From Neocallimastix sp. 'constans' (taxonomy: Eukaryota), in NCBI GenBank assembly GCA_050613775.1, contig JBODTK010000115.1, positions 1 through 64,000 on the forward strand: 64,000 bases of DNA. The letters run 5' to 3'. Positions 60,579-64,000 of this stretch are shown here, one piece after another. The position numbers were made by a program, and so were the translations under genes. The notes beneath the pieces are model-generated. The model searched no databases, was not told the DNA's origin, and saw only the letters and a program-made list of their open reading frames with translations. Every line of letters starts with the position of its first letter. Positions within the stretch are counted from its first letter, which is position 1.

Positions 60579-60790
60579 TTTAAGAAAATTCCAAATAATG
60601 AGTAGTATATATATATATAAATACAATAATATATAGTCTTATTAACTAATAAAACGCGTTCAATAATTTATAAAAATTAAATATATATTTTATCACTATT
60701 AAAAATTTTTACTATTTATTTTTGTTACTAAGTATTATTATCAATATTAATATTATTATAATTATTATTTATTATTATTACATATATTAT

Positions 60791-60826
<36 letters not shown>

Positions 60827-61105
60827 ACTTATTAATTAATTTACTAATTAATACTATTTATTACTTCTATTATTATTATTATTATTATTATTTTTTTTTT
60901 ATAATAAACTAATAGTTAATAATTAAAGGCTTATTCGTTTTTATACTGGTTCAAACTCCCAGTTATCTTTAATTACAAATAAAATATTACAATTAATTAA
61001 CTAACTTATCACTACTAACTAAATCTAAATAGTAATTAAAGACTTATTCGTTTTTATCCTGGTCCAAATTCCCAGCTGCCTTTAATTAATAAGAATAAAA
61101 TAATA

Positions 61106-61139
<34 letters not shown>

Positions 61140-61273
61140 TTATTGACGCGTAATTATTAATTTTCAACTAATATTTTATTTAAACTTAATAAATTAACAC
61201 ACGAAAATAATTATAATAAAAATATATCTCTTAATAAAACACTTATAAAAATAATACAACTATATTATTGCAC

Positions 61274-61292
61274 ATCCCCGATATCTCCACCA
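61274..61292 (-). promoter_or_regulatory. tRNA-Ala-type primer-binding site of element E
   Basis: TGGTGGAGATATCGGGGAT, 5 nt inside the 5' LTR, complementary to a tRNA ending ...ATCCCCGATATCTCCACCA (Ala-like acceptor end). Confidence 0.8.
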
Positions 61293-62332
61293 ATTTTTGA
61301 TATGCGGGACTTTTATGTGCTATATTTTAATTATAATAATATAGTTATATCTTTATTTAATTTATTATTCCTTTTCCTAAAAACTAAAAAACCCCCTTTC
61401 TAAATTAATTTATTAGAAATTGGTTATTATTAAGAAATTACATTTTAAAATTATAAAATTTAATAGTATGAAATATATTTTAAACATATAATATAAATTA
61501 TATATATATAAGAATACAATATCTATATTTAAATAATAAATGTATATTATATGTAAAATAAAAAAATAAATATAAAATAATACATAATAATATATTGTAT
61601 AATATAATAAAAATCCTATTAAAGTTAAATATAAAAATATTATTATATTTTAATATAATAATATATAATTATAAAATAAATAATATAATATAATATATTA
61701 TAAAATAATATGTAATTTAATATATATTATAATAGTAATTATAATATAATAATGAATAATTAATAATATATTATAAAAATTATTATCAAAAGATATAAAT
61801 TTAATATTTAATAATTATTATTAAATATACAAATATGTTACTACACATATTTGTTTTAGATCACAAAATATAAATTTTACATTTATACTTATTATTTGAA
61901 ATGTTCTCTTTTTTTGTAAAAGACGGAAAATATTGTAATAAAAATGTGTTTTTAATAACACATATTAACAGTGGTTAATATATGAAAACTTATAAATTAT
62001 AAAGTGTTTAAATATAAAAATATAAGATAAATTAATTGTGTAAAAATTTATTTTATATTTACTTTCTATATTAATTATTTATTGTAGTAATTAATTTTAA
62101 TATAAGTTGTAAAATAGTTCTTTCTTAAAAGTTAGAATTTAACTACAACTTTAGAATAACATTATAATATTAATTAATATATTATACTGTTATCAATTGG
62201 TGGAGAGTCGGTCTTCCCAGGGTGCAACTTACAAAATTTTATATTTTGTATTCAAATTTTTGTGAAAAAATCATTTTTTAATTTAGGGAAAATATAACTT
62301 CCTAATAATTTATTTTAAAATTCATAATTGTA

Positions 62333-63750
62333 TTGTATGATTATGTTGTAATAACCATGTTGGATTCAAAGCATATGATTGATATTTTAAGGTGTAATAC
62401 TATTCCAAGTGTTTACGCTTTAGTTGATGACCAAATTGCAAAGGTTAAAGTATATAGACAAAACACAGTCAATATAATCTCGGAAAATATATTTAATAAG
62501 ATTTCGAAAGGAAAAAAGGTAATAAAACAAAAACATCAATACTTTGTTACAGAAACTGACTTTGTTATGGATTCCAATTCTATGGTTGAGTTAGAGATAA
62601 AGTTTAAAAATGCAACTATTAAAGATACCTTTTGGATTGCTTATGATATTGATGATTCTTATGATATTCTAATTAGCTTTTCAGTTTAAAGAAAATACTC
62701 CTTATATGTTTCTTATGATGACTCTTTATGTATGAAATTAAAAGATACAAAGGAACATATTACTATATCATTACCTTCAGATATGTATTCTGGAAAAGAA
62801 TTTTTAGATTGGTCTAAACTTAAAAGCATTACATATAATAATGAAAATTACGATTAGATCCATGAAAGTATTCAACTTAGTGATAGTAAAGAAACAAAAT
62901 TACGTGAAATTGATGATATTAAAGATATTGAAATTCAAAATTTAAAAACCTTATTAAGTCAACTTCAAGCTGATTATAATAAATTGAAAGAGACAAGTAA
63001 TTCAAATATTGAAAAATTAAAGAAAAAATATAACAAACTATATGCTCAAAATCAAAAAGGTAATATCACTATTTATAATCTGAGTAAACAAAATAATCAA
63101 TTAAAAGAAGATTTAAATAATCTTGAAGAATGTAACTATACTTTAAATAATAATTTAAACTTAAGTAATAATGAAATTAACGTACTTAAAAAAAAAACAG
63201 ACAAATGGAAGAACAAAATGAAAAGAAATCTCAAGTAATTTCTTCATTAAACGATAAGATTGATGAATATGATAAATCGAATTATAAATTATTTTGTCAA
63301 ATAAATATTATGCAAAACGAATTACTCCAAGAGAAAGAGAAAAATCAAAACTTAAAAAATATTAATGATGAATTAAAATCAAATATTGAGGAATTAAAAA
63401 GTAAAATGATACATGATGAATTCAGACAACATGATACAAATCTTCAGCTACCATTAAAATCTGATGAATTAAAATTAATTAACGTGGAAAATGCAAGAAA
63501 AATAAATTCAATTTCGGATATGTCTAATCAAATTATGTATACTGATAAAGCACGAAAAGAGAAAATATTTAATAAAAAAATGAAAAAGAACATTGGTTAT
63601 GAATTTTCCAATCTTATGAAAATATACTACGGATCTTTAAAATTAATTGGAAACTATAAAACTACAAGACATTACTTTGAAATATTATTAAAATTTAAAT
63701 ATTTTATATTTCATAATTCTTATTTATTTATTTTAATAAGATTTTTATAA
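62333..63750 (+). pseudogene. Retropepsin-like domain without catalytic Asp fused to a long coiled coil (element F cargo)
   Basis: VYALVDDQIAKVKVYRQNTVNII...VELEIKF...DTFWI...YDILI aligns with the proteases of E and C. Two in-frame stops, then a frameshift in the poly-A near 63190. Downstream region is heptad-rich. Confidence 0.68.
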
Positions 63751-64000
63751 ATAATTATTATTTTAGAGTTAGATAATTATTAGATAAATTATAAATTTAT
63801 TAAATATTAAAAAATTATTTATTATTTTATTCAGCTATCCCAAAGTGATATCTTAAGGGAGGAAGTCTTGATAAAGAATTTTTATAATTTAATAATTTTA
63901 TAATTTAAAATTAATAGAATATACACGTAATCAAACAAAATATAAATTTTACATTTATACTTATTATTTGAAATGGTCTCTTTTTTTGTAAAAGACGGAA

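Larger units (their letters stand above)
54239..61863 (-). mobile_element. Full-length, apparently intact Ty3/gypsy element E, TSD CAAA
   Basis: 566-bp LTRs at 54239-54804 and 61298-61863 look identical by eye; CAAA on both sides; PPT-like TAGCGTGGGCAA; PBS; intact gag and pol. Confidence 0.96.
53781..64000 (+). mobile_element. Non-autonomous LTR element F; 5' LTR split by two insertions, 3' LTR runs off the window
   Basis: 5' LTR pieces 53781-53829, 54213-54238 and 61864-62195 reassemble to match the 3' LTR from 63869; PBS TGGTGGAGAG at 62198; PPT AAGGGAGGAAG at 63855-63865; internal region only about 1.67 kb. Confidence 0.85.

Overview
Extremely AT-rich eukaryotic DNA, most consistent with an anaerobic gut fungus (Neocallimastigomycota). 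This is inferred from composition, an intronless GH11-CBM1 xylanase gene and the retroelement families. Most of the window is LTR retrotransposon sequence: Ty3/gypsy elements A, B, C, D and E, a decayed Ty1/copia element, two non-autonomous units (gag-only, and dead protease plus coiled coil), about a dozen solo LTRs and a LINE RT relic. There are two host genes: a secreted GH11 xylanase-like protein and a 12-exon LRR receptor-like membrane protein. The main finding is at 22496-36703: an ordered stack of 9 LTR insertions from 4 LTR groups. Their overlapping target-site duplications (TSDs) unpeel one by one, showing that each landed 14-17 bp upstream of one initiator tRNA-Met-like gene (36704-36750), oldest on the left and youngest on the right. 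That tRNA now lacks its anticodon arm. One LTR group in the stack carries a covarying RNA module (ENE-like U-rich internal loop, hairpin, H-type pseudoknot) and a Tf1-like self-priming site. All boundaries were read by eye and no database searches were run.
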